Positions 50,225-59,427 of a stretch of DNA of 59,427 nucleotides are shown here, in pieces (position 1 is the first letter of the stretch; each line of letters begins with the position of its first letter). The DNA is taken from positions 1 through 59,427 of the forward strand of contig CALDFB010000276.1 in NCBI GenBank assembly GCA_937942365.1, given 5' to 3'. The position numbers and the translations under genes were made by a program. Under the pieces are notes generated by a model. That model ran no database searches, was not told where the DNA came from, and worked only from the letters and a program-made list of their open reading frames with translations. This DNA comes from an uncultured Marinicella sp. (GTDB lineage Bacteria > Pseudomonadota > Gammaproteobacteria > Xanthomonadales > Marinicellaceae).

Positions 50225-52165
50225 ATGCGTTTTACTGTGTTTTATTTGTTTTTATTTTTGAATTTTATTCGCCCAAGTCATGCCTCCGCTCAATCAAATT
50301 TAGGAGATTTGGTTTTTTTACACGGATTCGAACAACCTCGGTCCGTTTGTTCTTATTCCGATTTGGAAAAGGCAGGAATTGGTCAAGATTTATTGCTGGT
50401 TTGTGATATTGACCTTAAAGGTCAAACGCTCAACTTAGCGCCAAATTTAACCGTCAGAAGCTATGGTTCGATTATTTTTGGAGGCACAGTTGTTTTAGAC
50501 CAAACATTGATAGAAGGGTTGATTTTAAACCATGATTTAACCATCGAAGGTGAAGGTCGTTTAATAGATTTAACTTACGTTTTTGACCCTTCAAAATGGC
50601 CCAACATCATTCAAGGAGAGGTGACTGCAGATCAAGCACATGGAAACAATCAAATGCTTGAAGATTTGTTTTTTCTGATTCATGAGTTATATGGCCGTGT
50701 TTTCAAAATAGATATCTTTGATGCTTATTTTTTGCCACGCATAACGCCACCAGCAAACAATGCATATCGGCCCAGTATTGAGGCAGTTAATTTACCCAGT
50801 AACTTTCATCTGATGATGTCAGACAACACCAATATGAGGGTTTACCCCACTTCAGACTCTACACGAGAAGAAGAGTTGGAAGGTGGAGGTATTTTTGCTA
50901 TCCGTGATGTAGACAATGTCATCATATCGGGTGGGACTTTACATGGCGATCGTGATACGCGTTATTATTCACCAGATGACAATGGTTTGGAAGGGTCGCA
51001 TTTATTGATTATTGAAGCAGGTCGTAATGTGATCATTGATTCAGTTCGAATGGTTGATGGTTCTAAAGGTGGGATAGATATTCATTCGCTCAGTTTTGCT
51101 CATCTGCCAACCTATAATCCAACTATAAGTGTTGAAATAAGAAATTGTGATTTTGAAAACTTAAGAAGGATGTCTATTGCTCTAACTGACGGTGCAGATA
51201 TTCGAGTGTTAAATAACAGATTCATTAATACCGGTCAGCCATCATCTCATTCCGATGGTGGTGAAGTTGGATCTGCTATCAATGTTGAGCCAGTTAGACA
51301 AAGAGATAAGGACGGTAACTTAATTGAGTTACAACGCGTTGATGGTTTTACCATTTCAGGAAATACGGAAAGTGGTTCGCGTAATGCTTTTGTTGTGGTT
51401 ACATCAGGTTATCGAGGTGATATCAACAATAACTTATCTGAAAGAAGAATTGGGTTTCGTTATGCTTCTGAAACCATCATCAGTAATAATGTATTACGCG
51501 GTGACTTCAATGGCGAAGGAGTTGCGATCAGTGCAGCAGGTTTTGAGAGTGACTTAGTTTTTGGCAACTCAATCATTGATAATGACATTCAAGGCTATGG
51601 GTTAGGCATCAGTATTTCAACGAGAGGTATCCGTGTTGAGGGTAATGAGATCAGGACTTCTGTGGTAGGTATGCAAATCTCCAAAACCTTAGGTGCTGAA
51701 ATTGTTGGAAATAGCATCATTGAAAGTAGTCGAGGAATCAGATTGACTCGCACTTACGCAGATGATATTGAAATTTTTAACAACGATATATTAGACACAA
51801 CTAATGTGCATATCGAATTAATTAACCTGAATGCCGATGGTGTTGTTTCAGAGCCAATGGTAAATATATACAACAATTTTTTAACAGGGGATCAGCCAAT
51901 TGATATGACGGGTGCGCATTCGGTCAATTTGCTGAGCAATACCTTAGAAGGTAGTATCAGATCAGTAGATAATGTTTCGGTCGATGTGTTGCAAAATACA
52001 GTTGTTCCCTTAAACCGTCATGGTATTGAACTTCGAGGATTTCATCAAGGTGTGAATGTTTTAAATAATCGTATTTTTGAACCTCAATCTTCTACCCGCC
52101 TCTGCATGTTCACGGATTTAGACCCAGGTGGGGTGATTGAAATTAGCAATAACACATGTGAATAA
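50225..52165 (+). CDS. Secreted right-handed parallel beta-helix protein with N-terminal DLVFLHGFE tag
   Basis: Signal peptide (ASA|Q); repeated IxNNxI/IxGNxI strands; GGTLHGDR. Confidence 0.85.
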   Translation: MRFTVFYLFLFLNFIRPSHASAQSNLGDLVFLHGFEQPRSVCSYSDLEKAGIGQDLLLVCDIDLKGQTLNLAPNLTVRSYGSIIFGGTVVLDQTLIEGLILNHDLTIEGEGRLIDLTYVFDPSKWPNIIQGEVTADQAHGNNQMLEDLFFLIHELYGRVFKIDIFDAYFLPRITPPANNAYRPSIEAVNLPSNFHLMMSDNTNMRVYPTSDSTREEELEGGGIFAIRDVDNVIISGGTLHGDRDTRYYSPDDNGLEGSHLLIIEAGRNVIIDSVRMVDGSKGGIDIHSLSFAHLPTYNPTISVEIRNCDFENLRRMSIALTDGADIRVLNNRFINTGQPSSHSDGGEVGSAINVEPVRQRDKDGNLIELQRVDGFTISGNTESGSRNAFVVVTSGYRGDINNNLSERRIGFRYASETIISNNVLRGDFNGEGVAISAAGFESDLVFGNSIIDNDIQGYGLGISISTRGIRVEGNEIRTSVVGMQISKTLGAEIVGNSIIESSRGIRLTRTYADDIEIFNNDILDTTNVHIELINLNADGVVSEPMVNIYNNFLTGDQPIDMTGAHSVNLLSNTLEGSIRSVDNVSVDVLQNTVVPLNRHGIELRGFHQGVNVLNNRIFEPQSSTRLCMFTDLDPGGVIEISNNTCE

Positions 52166-52276
52166 GCATGATTGTTACAGTATAACTTTCACAGGTATAA
52201 GTTTTCTTTAAGTTGTGGGAAAAAGCCAGCAACTTTATATGATACTGGCCTAGATCTTATTTTTAAAATATTTAAG

Positions 52277-53260
52277 TCATTTATTGATCAATTGTTGTTC
52301 TAAACGTTTGATCGTTGTCATGATTCGCTGCTCAGTGCTTGCTTCTAACTTTGAAGCTGGCGCTGATTTAAGTTTGTTGGTATTTAATAACTTGTTCAGA
52401 CCCAATGCTGTTTTGTTTGAATCATTTGTTGCTGATTTCGCTGGGCCTGTGCCACTGTCGACAAAGGTTTTGCTCGCAGATCTGAATCCGCGAACAGTAA
52501 ATCCAGCCAAACTTAAATCTGGTGAACTACCAACTGCATATGAGAAAGCTTCTCCATCAAACTGATTGGTGCCAGTTTTTAAATAGTAAGCCAAGTAAAA
52601 ATCGGCATCATCTCGAACCACTGCGATCAGTTCATCGTTAACTGTGTCATAAGCCGCAGCCAAATCGTTGTTGTTCAAAGCATAGTTAGTACAACGATTA
52701 TAAATGGTACTCTCTGAACGACAACCGGTGGCTAAATAATCGCCATCAAAGGTTTCTGTTTGTTCAAAGATTAATACATCAGCAAAGAAAGGAAAGTTAT
52801 CACTGTATTCAGATACATCATAAACAACTTGCCATTCGCCACGCATTTTTTGTAGTTCATCGCCAAGAAAGAAATTGAAACGCTCAACAAACAGGGTTTG
52901 TCCTAGCATGGTGATGGTTGCAGTGGTTTCAGTTAAAAAATTGATTTGTGCCTTACCTAAATTGCTGGTGAAGGTGTTGTTCGGTGTATAGGTACAGGCA
53001 AGACAAGGACCGTCTTCACTGATGAAAATATCACCTTCAACATAGGCATTGCCATCTAAAAAGCCAGAAGTGGTATACCAAAAGGGTATACCAGCATCGT
53101 CATAGACGTAGAACACCCCAAAAAAGAAGTTGTCTTGGATTTCAAACGTATAGCCACTGCCAGGTTCATCGGCATTCCAGTACAGTCCCGACTCTGGTGT
53201 GAACGCCCAGCTGGTCAAACTGGTTAGCATCAAAGCACATAAAGTCATTATTTTTCTCAT
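52277..53260 (-). CDS. Secreted hypothetical protein (start MRKIMTL)
   Basis: ggag RBS; signal peptide; PESGLYWNADEPGSG; aromatic/acidic beta-rich body; basic tail. Confidence 0.8.
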   Translation of the reverse strand: MRKIMTLCALMLTSLTSWAFTPESGLYWNADEPGSGYTFEIQDNFFFGVFYVYDDAGIPFWYTTSGFLDGNAYVEGDIFISEDGPCLACTYTPNNTFTSNLGKAQINFLTETTATITMLGQTLFVERFNFFLGDELQKMRGEWQVVYDVSEYSDNFPFFADVLIFEQTETFDGDYLATGCRSESTIYNRCTNYALNNNDLAAAYDTVNDELIAVVRDDADFYLAYYLKTGTNQFDGEAFSYAVGSSPDLSLAGFTVRGFRSASKTFVDSGTGPAKSATNDSNKTALGLNKLLNTNKLKSAPASKLEASTEQRIMTTIKRLEQQLINK

Positions 53261-53443
53261 AAAGTTCTCCGCAGCGTGTGTAATGATTGTTATATTACCT
53301 GTTTTGAATGAATATGAAATGAACATTTTATAAATGGAATATGAACGGAGCTAAAAATCTAATAATTTTTGATACCAGAAATCCCAGAATTGAGACTTTG
53401 CTTTCTGCTGCTCTAATAAAAAAAGACCCAAGAGAATTCAACT

Positions 53444-54220
53444 ATGATTGATATAGGCGCTAACTTAACTCATGAAAGTTTTGATAAAGACCGAGATGAA
53501 GTCATCATCGCCGCGAAAGAAGTGGGTGTTGAAACATTCATCATTACCGGTTCGGATGTGACTTGTTCACAAAAAGCCAAGCATTTGGCACATCAGTATG
53601 AAGCTTGTTATGCAACAGCTGGAATACATCCACATCATGCCAGTGAGTTTAATGGTGAAGCAGAAGCGGAATTACAAACCCTTCTTAATGACAATAAGGT
53701 GGTGGCTGTTGGTGAAACCGGTTTGGATTATTTCAGAGATTTTTCGCCCCGTGAAGCACAAATATTTTCATTTGAGCAGCACATTCAGTTGGCTGTTGAC
53801 AATGAGATGCCCATGTTTCTGCATCAACGTGATGCACATGTAGATTTTCAACCTATGCTCAAGGAACACCGCGATCGATTGAACCATGTGGTAGTACATT
53901 GCTTCACGGATAACGAAAGGGCATTGTTTGATTATTTGGATTTAGATTGTTACATTGGAATCACTGGTTGGATTTGTGATGAACGTCGTGGTCAACACCT
54001 GTTAGAACTGGTCAAAAATATTCCACTTGATCGACTTTTGATTGAAACAGATTCACCCTATTTGATTCCAAGGAACCTCAAGCCAAAGCCTAAAACGCGC
54101 CGTAATGAACCCAAGTACCTACCTCATATTGCTGACTTTATTGCCCAACAAATTAACTTGAGCTTTGATGAGTTGGTTGACAGAACGGCCGATAACAGTA
54201 AAGTATTCTTTAACATTTGA
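53444..54220 (+). CDS. tatD: TatD family nuclease
   Basis: IDIGANLT; GIHPH; GETGLDY; LHQRDA; HCF; ETDSPY. Confidence 0.95.
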   Translation: MIDIGANLTHESFDKDRDEVIIAAKEVGVETFIITGSDVTCSQKAKHLAHQYEACYATAGIHPHHASEFNGEAEAELQTLLNDNKVVAVGETGLDYFRDFSPREAQIFSFEQHIQLAVDNEMPMFLHQRDAHVDFQPMLKEHRDRLNHVVVHCFTDNERALFDYLDLDCYIGITGWICDERRGQHLLELVKNIPLDRLLIETDSPYLIPRNLKPKPKTRRNEPKYLPHIADFIAQQINLSFDELVDRTADNSKVFFNI

Positions 54221-54248
54221 ATATTTGACAGAAATAACAGAGAAACCC

Positions 54249-55526
54249 ATGAGTCTATTTAAGAACCACATTGAACATTTAATCCAAGTCACCACCCAAG
54301 CGCTAGACCATGCTGGTTATGAGGGTGTTTGGATTTATTCCGGCCACCCCACCAATAATTTTTTGGATGACATGGCGCCAAAACACAGTATCAACCCACA
54401 CTTTAAATGGTGGGTGCCTTTGGCTGATGTGGTGAGCAGTGTTTTGCATTTTAAACCAGGGCATAAACCGGTGGTTTATTTAAACCAACCGGCTGATTTT
54501 TGGCACAAAATCATTGATAACAGCCAAGGCAAATGGGCGAAATATTTTGATGTCAGGGTGGTTGGCCACTATTCAGAATTACCGGACTTTAATGAAGAGA
54601 AAAATCACGCCTGGATTGGGCCACCAGAGTTGCAACCATTGGATGAAGCAAATACCAACCCCACCCAGCTCATTAATTTCCTACACTTTAATCGCATACA
54701 AAAAACCGATTATGAAATTCATTGTCTGACCCAGGCCAATCAACTGGCGCTGAAAGGTCATGCAGCTGCTAAAGAGGCTTTTTATGCAGGCCAATCTGAA
54801 TATCAAATCCATATGGCGTACTTACAGGCATGTGAACACAATGAGCATCATATGCCGTATGGCAACATAGTGGCGTTGAATGAAAATCCATCGGTATTAC
54901 ATTACCAATACCAGAGCAGAGAAGTCATTCCCAAAGATCAGCTCAAATCTTTTTTAATTGATGCAGGGGCCAATTATAGAGGTTATGCAGCTGACATCAC
55001 TCGGACTTACGCTTTTCAGGACAATGCCTATCAGTCGATGATTAACAGCTTAGATGAAAAACAACAAATGCTGTGTCAAAAAACTGTGGTTGGTCAAGAT
55101 TATGTGGCTTTGCATCGCCAAGCACACTTGAACATTTCTGAGGTTTTATGTGAGTTTGGTGTGTTTAATTGCAACGCTGAGACGGCTGTAGCATCGGGTT
55201 TAAGTCAAACTTTTTTCCCTCATGGTTTAGGGCATTATCTGGGGTTGCAGGTGCATGACGTATCTGGTCATGTGGTAGACCACTTGGGTACAATGAAGAA
55301 ACCACCCAGTGAATATCCATTCTTGCGACTGACCGATACTTTGCGAGAAAATGCAGTGGTGACCATTGAGCCTGGTGTCTATTTTATCCCGATGTTACTG
55401 AAAGAAATTTCAGGGCACAAAGATGTCAACTGGCAAAAGGTAGATGAATTCTTGCCATTTGGTGGTATTCGTATCGAAGATAATGTGGTGGTAAAAAACA
55501 GTGACTCTATTAATTTAAGTCGTTGA
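54249..55526 (+). CDS. pepQ: Xaa-Pro dipeptidase (start MSLFKNH)
   Basis: LIDAGA..GYAADITRT; PHGLGHYLGLQVHDV; TIEPG; GGIRIED. Confidence 0.95.
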   Translation: MSLFKNHIEHLIQVTTQALDHAGYEGVWIYSGHPTNNFLDDMAPKHSINPHFKWWVPLADVVSSVLHFKPGHKPVVYLNQPADFWHKIIDNSQGKWAKYFDVRVVGHYSELPDFNEEKNHAWIGPPELQPLDEANTNPTQLINFLHFNRIQKTDYEIHCLTQANQLALKGHAAAKEAFYAGQSEYQIHMAYLQACEHNEHHMPYGNIVALNENPSVLHYQYQSREVIPKDQLKSFLIDAGANYRGYAADITRTYAFQDNAYQSMINSLDEKQQMLCQKTVVGQDYVALHRQAHLNISEVLCEFGVFNCNAETAVASGLSQTFFPHGLGHYLGLQVHDVSGHVVDHLGTMKKPPSEYPFLRLTDTLRENAVVTIEPGVYFIPMLLKEISGHKDVNWQKVDEFLPFGGIRIEDNVVVKNSDSINLSR

Positions 55527-55536
55527 TTAAAATCAT

Positions 55537-56505
55537 TCAAAAAGTCTGGCAGTGGATTTTTCGATAAAGACTGGGGTTGAGACCATAAGATGATTTAAAC
55601 AGTCTTCGAAACCCTGCTTCGGAACGAAAACCACATTTGAACATCACTTGTTTCATGCTAATGTTTTCATCAAGCAGCTCTTTCGCCCTTGATAACCTTA
55701 ATTGTTCAACAAACTTTGCGGGTGTTTTGCCTGTAGATTGGGTGAACTTACGATGAAATGTTCGCAGTGTCATATGCATGAAATCACTCAATTGCTCAAC
55801 CCTGATGGTTTTATGTAGGTTGTTACTTATCCAAGAAATTAAATCTGAAAAATCATTGTTGGCATTGATTTGAAATTGAAGTAAATCACTGAATTGGGGT
55901 TGGTGACCAGGTCGCTGTTTATATAAAACCAGTCCTTTAGCGACCTTGCCCATCACTTGAGCTCCACAATCCTGACGAATTAATTCTAATGCCATATCAA
56001 TTCCAGTGCTTACCCCAGCGGAGGACCAAAATTTTTCGTCATTTACAAACAGTGCTTTTGAGTTGACTTTAATATCAGGAAACTCTGTTTGTAATTGATT
56101 GACCAGTAACCAATGTGTGGTTGCTTGTCTGTTATTTAACAAGTCGGTTTCTGCCAACAGAAAGGAGCCACTACAAACCGAACACATTCGTTCACAATGA
56201 AAACTGATATCTTTTAACCATCTAATGGTGTTGCTATTTTTTCTGACTTTATTTAAATATAAACTATCAGCACCTGTCACTATGATGGTGTCATTATTGT
56301 CGACTTTTAAGTGGCTTATAGGTTGGCTAGAAACTTCAATACCCCCACTTGTCTGAATGCTGTTGCCTTTTTCAGAAACAACTACTGAATGGTAGTTTAA
56401 GTGTTTGGAAATCATGTTGACGGCATTGAAAGCACTTGCTGGGCCAGCTAAGTCCAATAACTCAAAACCGTCATAAACAAACATGATGATACGTTTTATT
56501 TTCAT
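55537..56505 (-). CDS. GlxA-family AraC regulator (DJ-1 + HTH; start MKIKRII)
   Basis: SVCSG; ATTHW; SSAGVSTGID; C-terminal AraC HTH. Confidence 0.92.
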   Translation of the reverse strand: MKIKRIIMFVYDGFELLDLAGPASAFNAVNMISKHLNYHSVVVSEKGNSIQTSGGIEVSSQPISHLKVDNNDTIIVTGADSLYLNKVRKNSNTIRWLKDISFHCERMCSVCSGSFLLAETDLLNNRQATTHWLLVNQLQTEFPDIKVNSKALFVNDEKFWSSAGVSTGIDMALELIRQDCGAQVMGKVAKGLVLYKQRPGHQPQFSDLLQFQINANNDFSDLISWISNNLHKTIRVEQLSDFMHMTLRTFHRKFTQSTGKTPAKFVEQLRLSRAKELLDENISMKQVMFKCGFRSEAGFRRLFKSSYGLNPSLYRKIHCQTF

Positions 56506-56588
56506 ATTGGCACAATATAGTCTAAATGTGTCAATTATGACAAGCTTATATGTCAGATACTTAGAATTAATAATTTCAATGACACAAG

Positions 56589-57242
56589 GTGAAAAATATG
56601 CAAATTGCAATGGTTTTATACCCGGGTTTTACCGGGCTTGATCTGATTGGACCCTATGAAATGCTTCGCTCATTGCCCAGTGCAGAATTGAGATTTGTCC
56701 ATCACAAAAGCGGTACAATTAAAGCAGACAGCAAAATTTTACAGGTACAAGCAACTCACAGTTTTGATGAAACACCCAGACCAGACATTGTGCTGGTCCC
56801 AGGTTCGGGCACTGAAACCATGAATGCAATTAAAGATGAAGGTTTGCTAAAGTGGTTAAGGCAGGTACATATCAACTCCACATTGACTTTATCGGTTTGT
56901 ACAGGATCTATAATATTGGCTGCTGCAGGTATTTTACAAGGAAAGCCTGCAACAACGCATTGGGCCGCGCAAAGCTATCTGAAACAGTTTGGGGCACAAC
57001 CAAAGCCCAATGATCGAGTTGTTAAAAGTGGAAAAGTAATGACCAGTGCAGGAGTTTCTGCTGGTATTGATCTTGCTTTGATGGTGCTTGAAGAGCTGTG
57101 TGGGAAAGCCTTTGCAGAACAAGCACAACTGAGAATTGAATACGACCCAAATCCCCATTTAGATTGTGGTCACCCTTCTAAGGTTGATCCAGATTTCTTG
57201 GCTGAAGCGGTTGAAACGTTAAAAGCAAACTTAAGCGCATAA
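56589..57242 (+). CDS. DJ-1/PfpI family protein (isonitrile hydratase-like)
   Basis: LDLIGP; SVCTG; ATTHW; TSAGVSAGID; EYDPNP; divergent from the GlxA-family gene. Confidence 0.9.
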   Translation: MKNMQIAMVLYPGFTGLDLIGPYEMLRSLPSAELRFVHHKSGTIKADSKILQVQATHSFDETPRPDIVLVPGSGTETMNAIKDEGLLKWLRQVHINSTLTLSVCTGSIILAAAGILQGKPATTHWAAQSYLKQFGAQPKPNDRVVKSGKVMTSAGVSAGIDLALMVLEELCGKAFAEQAQLRIEYDPNPHLDCGHPSKVDPDFLAEAVETLKANLSA

Positions 57243-57273
57243 AAAAAAGTCCGTTTTACCAAAAACGGACTTT
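57241..57273. terminator. Intrinsic terminator between convergent genes
   Basis: aaaaaaaagtccgtttt-acc-aaaaacggacttt. Confidence 0.8.
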
Positions 57274-57296
57274 AGATGTGGACATTACTTGATTGC

Positions 57297-59427
57297 TTAT
57301 TTTTTGGTAGACTCTGCTTGGGCAATCAAGGTTTCCATTTTTAGACCAATCAAATCAGCCAAGATACGGGCTGTTTCATGTAAGCGGAAGTCTACAAACT
57401 CTTCGTCTTCACCTTCTTCAGCGGCTTCTTCTTTGGCTTGTTGCTCAGCCAGCAAAGTGTCTTCAGATTTCAGTTCTTCAGCAGAATCAAACAACAATGA
57501 AATTTCACCCAACAAAGGATTGGGTTGTGCTGCAGCCAGCATTTCTTCACGCTTGGCTTTGCGTGCTTTCTTGCGGTCTTTGCGCTCTTTGACTTTGCGT
57601 TGACGTTCAGTCAGTGACAGTGAAACGGTGACCTCATCTTTTTCTTGTTGATAGAGCTCAATTTCTTTGTTTAAAAAATCAAACTCAAAGTTCACAGCAG
57701 ATCGTTGAGCATAGCGTTTTTTCAACAAGGAAATCTCATCTGACAGGTCATCAAATACGGTGTAATCGCTGCTGCTGATGCTGTTCCATGGTAGCGCGTT
57801 TTCATAAGATGATTCACCATAATTTTCCAAGCCTGGTGAGGCAGGAAAAATAATATCAGGAATCACCCCACGGTTTTGAGTGCTGCCACCATTGATTCGG
57901 AAAAACTGACCCATGGTCATTTTCAATTGTCCCAATTTAAGTTCAGGGTCATTAACGTAATCATTCAGTGGCATGACATTTTGTACGGTACCTTTACCAT
58001 AAGTTTGACCACCTACAATCAGTGCCCTACCATAGTCTTGCATCGCAGCTGCGAAGATTTCTGAAGCTGAAGCTGACAATTTGTTGACCATCACCACCAT
58101 AGGTCCTTTCCAAGCCATTCTCGGATCAACATCTCGTTTAACATCGACTTTGCCATGACTCAATTTCGTTTGTACCACTGGTCCCTTATCAATAAAAAGA
58201 CCTGACAGTTGAATGGCTTCATACAAAGAGCCACCACCGTTGTTACGCAAGTCTACTATGATGCCTTGTACCCCTTCTCGTTCGAACTTTTTCAAAATGT
58301 CCTTAACATCTTTGGTGGTACTGCGATAATCGGGATCGCCGTTTTGAAGACCAGCAAAATCCAAGTAAAAAGTGGGTAAATCAATGATACCAATTTTACG
58401 TTCATGTTTGCCTTCCTGAACTTTCATGATTTTGTGTTGAGCAGCTTGTTGTTCTAATTTAACTTTGTCTCTGACAATGTGTACCACATGAGGTATGGTA
58501 TCTGGTCCATCATCCTCAGCAATGACCTGCAGTCTGACTGTTGAACCTTTCTCTCCACGAATCAGTTGCACCACATCTTCAATGCCCCAGCCCACCACAT
58601 CTTCAAAGCTACCTTGGTTGTCCTGGCCAACTGCCAGCACTTTGTCGCCGCTTTTTAGGGTTCCTTCCATGTCAGCTGGCCCGCCTTTAACTATGGTTTG
58701 GATTGAAGTGTATTCGCCATCGTTACCCAGCACTGCACCAATACCTTCCAAAGACAATTTCATGTTAATTTCAAAATTTTCTGAAGTGATTGGTTCCATA
58801 TAGCCTGTGTGAGGCTCTACCAACGACAAGTAAGAGTTGATGAAATACTGAAAAACATCATCGCTCTTCATGTCATTAATGCGTTTGGCCATAAAGTTAT
58901 ATCGTTTAGTCAAAGTCTCCTTAATTTTTTCAGGTTCTTTGTCCAATAACTTCAGGCTTAAATAATCATTCTTAACTCTTTTGCGCCATATATCGTCCAG
59001 CTCTTCTTGATTGATGGCATAAGCTGCTTTTTCTCGGTCCCATTGATATGCTTCATCCTTGGCAAAATCTAACTCTGATTCTAGTACGTTTAGAGCGAAG
59101 TCTTTTTGCTTGGCTACTCTCTTTTTGAATACCGCAAAAATGTCATAAGCAGGGTCGAGTGTCCCTGTTTTAAGACCTTCATCAAGTTGGGTTTTCCAGC
59201 GATCAAAAGCAACCACGTCTTCACCAAGGAAATACATTTTACTGGGATCTAATACTGAGATATATTTGTCCAGTATTTTGCCAGAAAAAGTATCATCTAA
59301 AGAGGTGTCCTTGTAGTGGAGTCGCTCTACCAGCTGGACGACCATCTGACTTTCTTTTTGATGTTTTGCATTAGGTTCCAGCGGTTTTAAATCAGCTTTT
59401 GCTGATGCCAAGGAACAGGTCAGTAAA
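57297..59427 (-). CDS. prc: Tail-specific protease Prc (5' end beyond window)
   Basis: LEGIGAVL PDZ; DLRNNGGG; SASASEI; GKGTVQ; RINGGSTQ. Confidence 0.95.
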   Translation of the reverse strand, partial: LLTCSLASAKADLKPLEPNAKHQKESQMVVQLVERLHYKDTSLDDTFSGKILDKYISVLDPSKMYFLGEDVVAFDRWKTQLDEGLKTGTLDPAYDIFAVFKKRVAKQKDFALNVLESELDFAKDEAYQWDREKAAYAINQEELDDIWRKRVKNDYLSLKLLDKEPEKIKETLTKRYNFMAKRINDMKSDDVFQYFINSYLSLVEPHTGYMEPITSENFEINMKLSLEGIGAVLGNDGEYTSIQTIVKGGPADMEGTLKSGDKVLAVGQDNQGSFEDVVGWGIEDVVQLIRGEKGSTVRLQVIAEDDGPDTIPHVVHIVRDKVKLEQQAAQHKIMKVQEGKHERKIGIIDLPTFYLDFAGLQNGDPDYRSTTKDVKDILKKFEREGVQGIIVDLRNNGGGSLYEAIQLSGLFIDKGPVVQTKLSHGKVDVKRDVDPRMAWKGPMVVMVNKLSASASEIFAAAMQDYGRALIVGGQTYGKGTVQNVMPLNDYVNDPELKLGQLKMTMGQFFRINGGSTQNRGVIPDIIFPASPGLENYGESSYENALPWNSISSSDYTVFDDLSDEISLLKKRYAQRSAVNFEFDFLNKEIELYQQEKDEVTVSLSLTERQRKVKERKDRKKARKAKREEMLAAAQPNPLLGEISLLFDSAEELKSEDTLLAEQQAKEEAAEEGEDEEFVDFRLHETARILADLIGLKMETLIAQAESTKK

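Noticed and set aside
57297-59427. Prc as the dedicated processor of the C-terminal tag
   Set aside because: Prc is a ubiquitous housekeeping protease; proximity alone is not evidence, and one tag copy is N-terminal.

Overview
This 59.4 kb window is from a bacterial chromosome that is moderately AT-rich by eye. It is most consistent with a marine gammaproteobacterium related to Xanthomonadales (Marinicella-like). That placement is an inference from the divergent pfk-adk pair with a short-LID Adk, the long-form AceA, and the many secreted proteins ending in DxIFxxGFE. The housekeeping backbone is aceA/glcB, dinB, a nucleotide-sugar dehydrogenase, pfk, adk, a TusA-like gene, groES/EL, yadGH, ubiG-gph, rpoH, GST, sppA, lpxL, a rhomboid, tatD, pepQ and prc. 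The most notable items are: (1) an ~11 kb tandem array of five secreted 7-bladed FG-GAP (integrin-alpha-like) propellers with a TIGR03032-like gene inside it; (2) a short D-[LV]-[IV]-F-x-x-[GS]-F-E tag on seven secreted proteins of at least three different domain types, at the C-terminus in six and just after the signal peptide in one, which is a candidate uncharacterised sorting or docking signal; (3) two unannotated sRNA candidates, one behind a perfect CRP/Clp box with a C/U-rich loop and one with seven AGGA motifs typical of Csr/Rsm sponges; (4) a rubredoxin missed by the ORF track; (5) several REP/MITE-like repeat families in mosaic clusters; (6) a small AT-rich accessory island with a HEPN gene, an LRR-DUF1963 gene and an esterase remnant. 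No tRNA, rRNA, CRISPR array, transposase or integrase was seen. All family assignments come from motif recognition by eye, not database searches.
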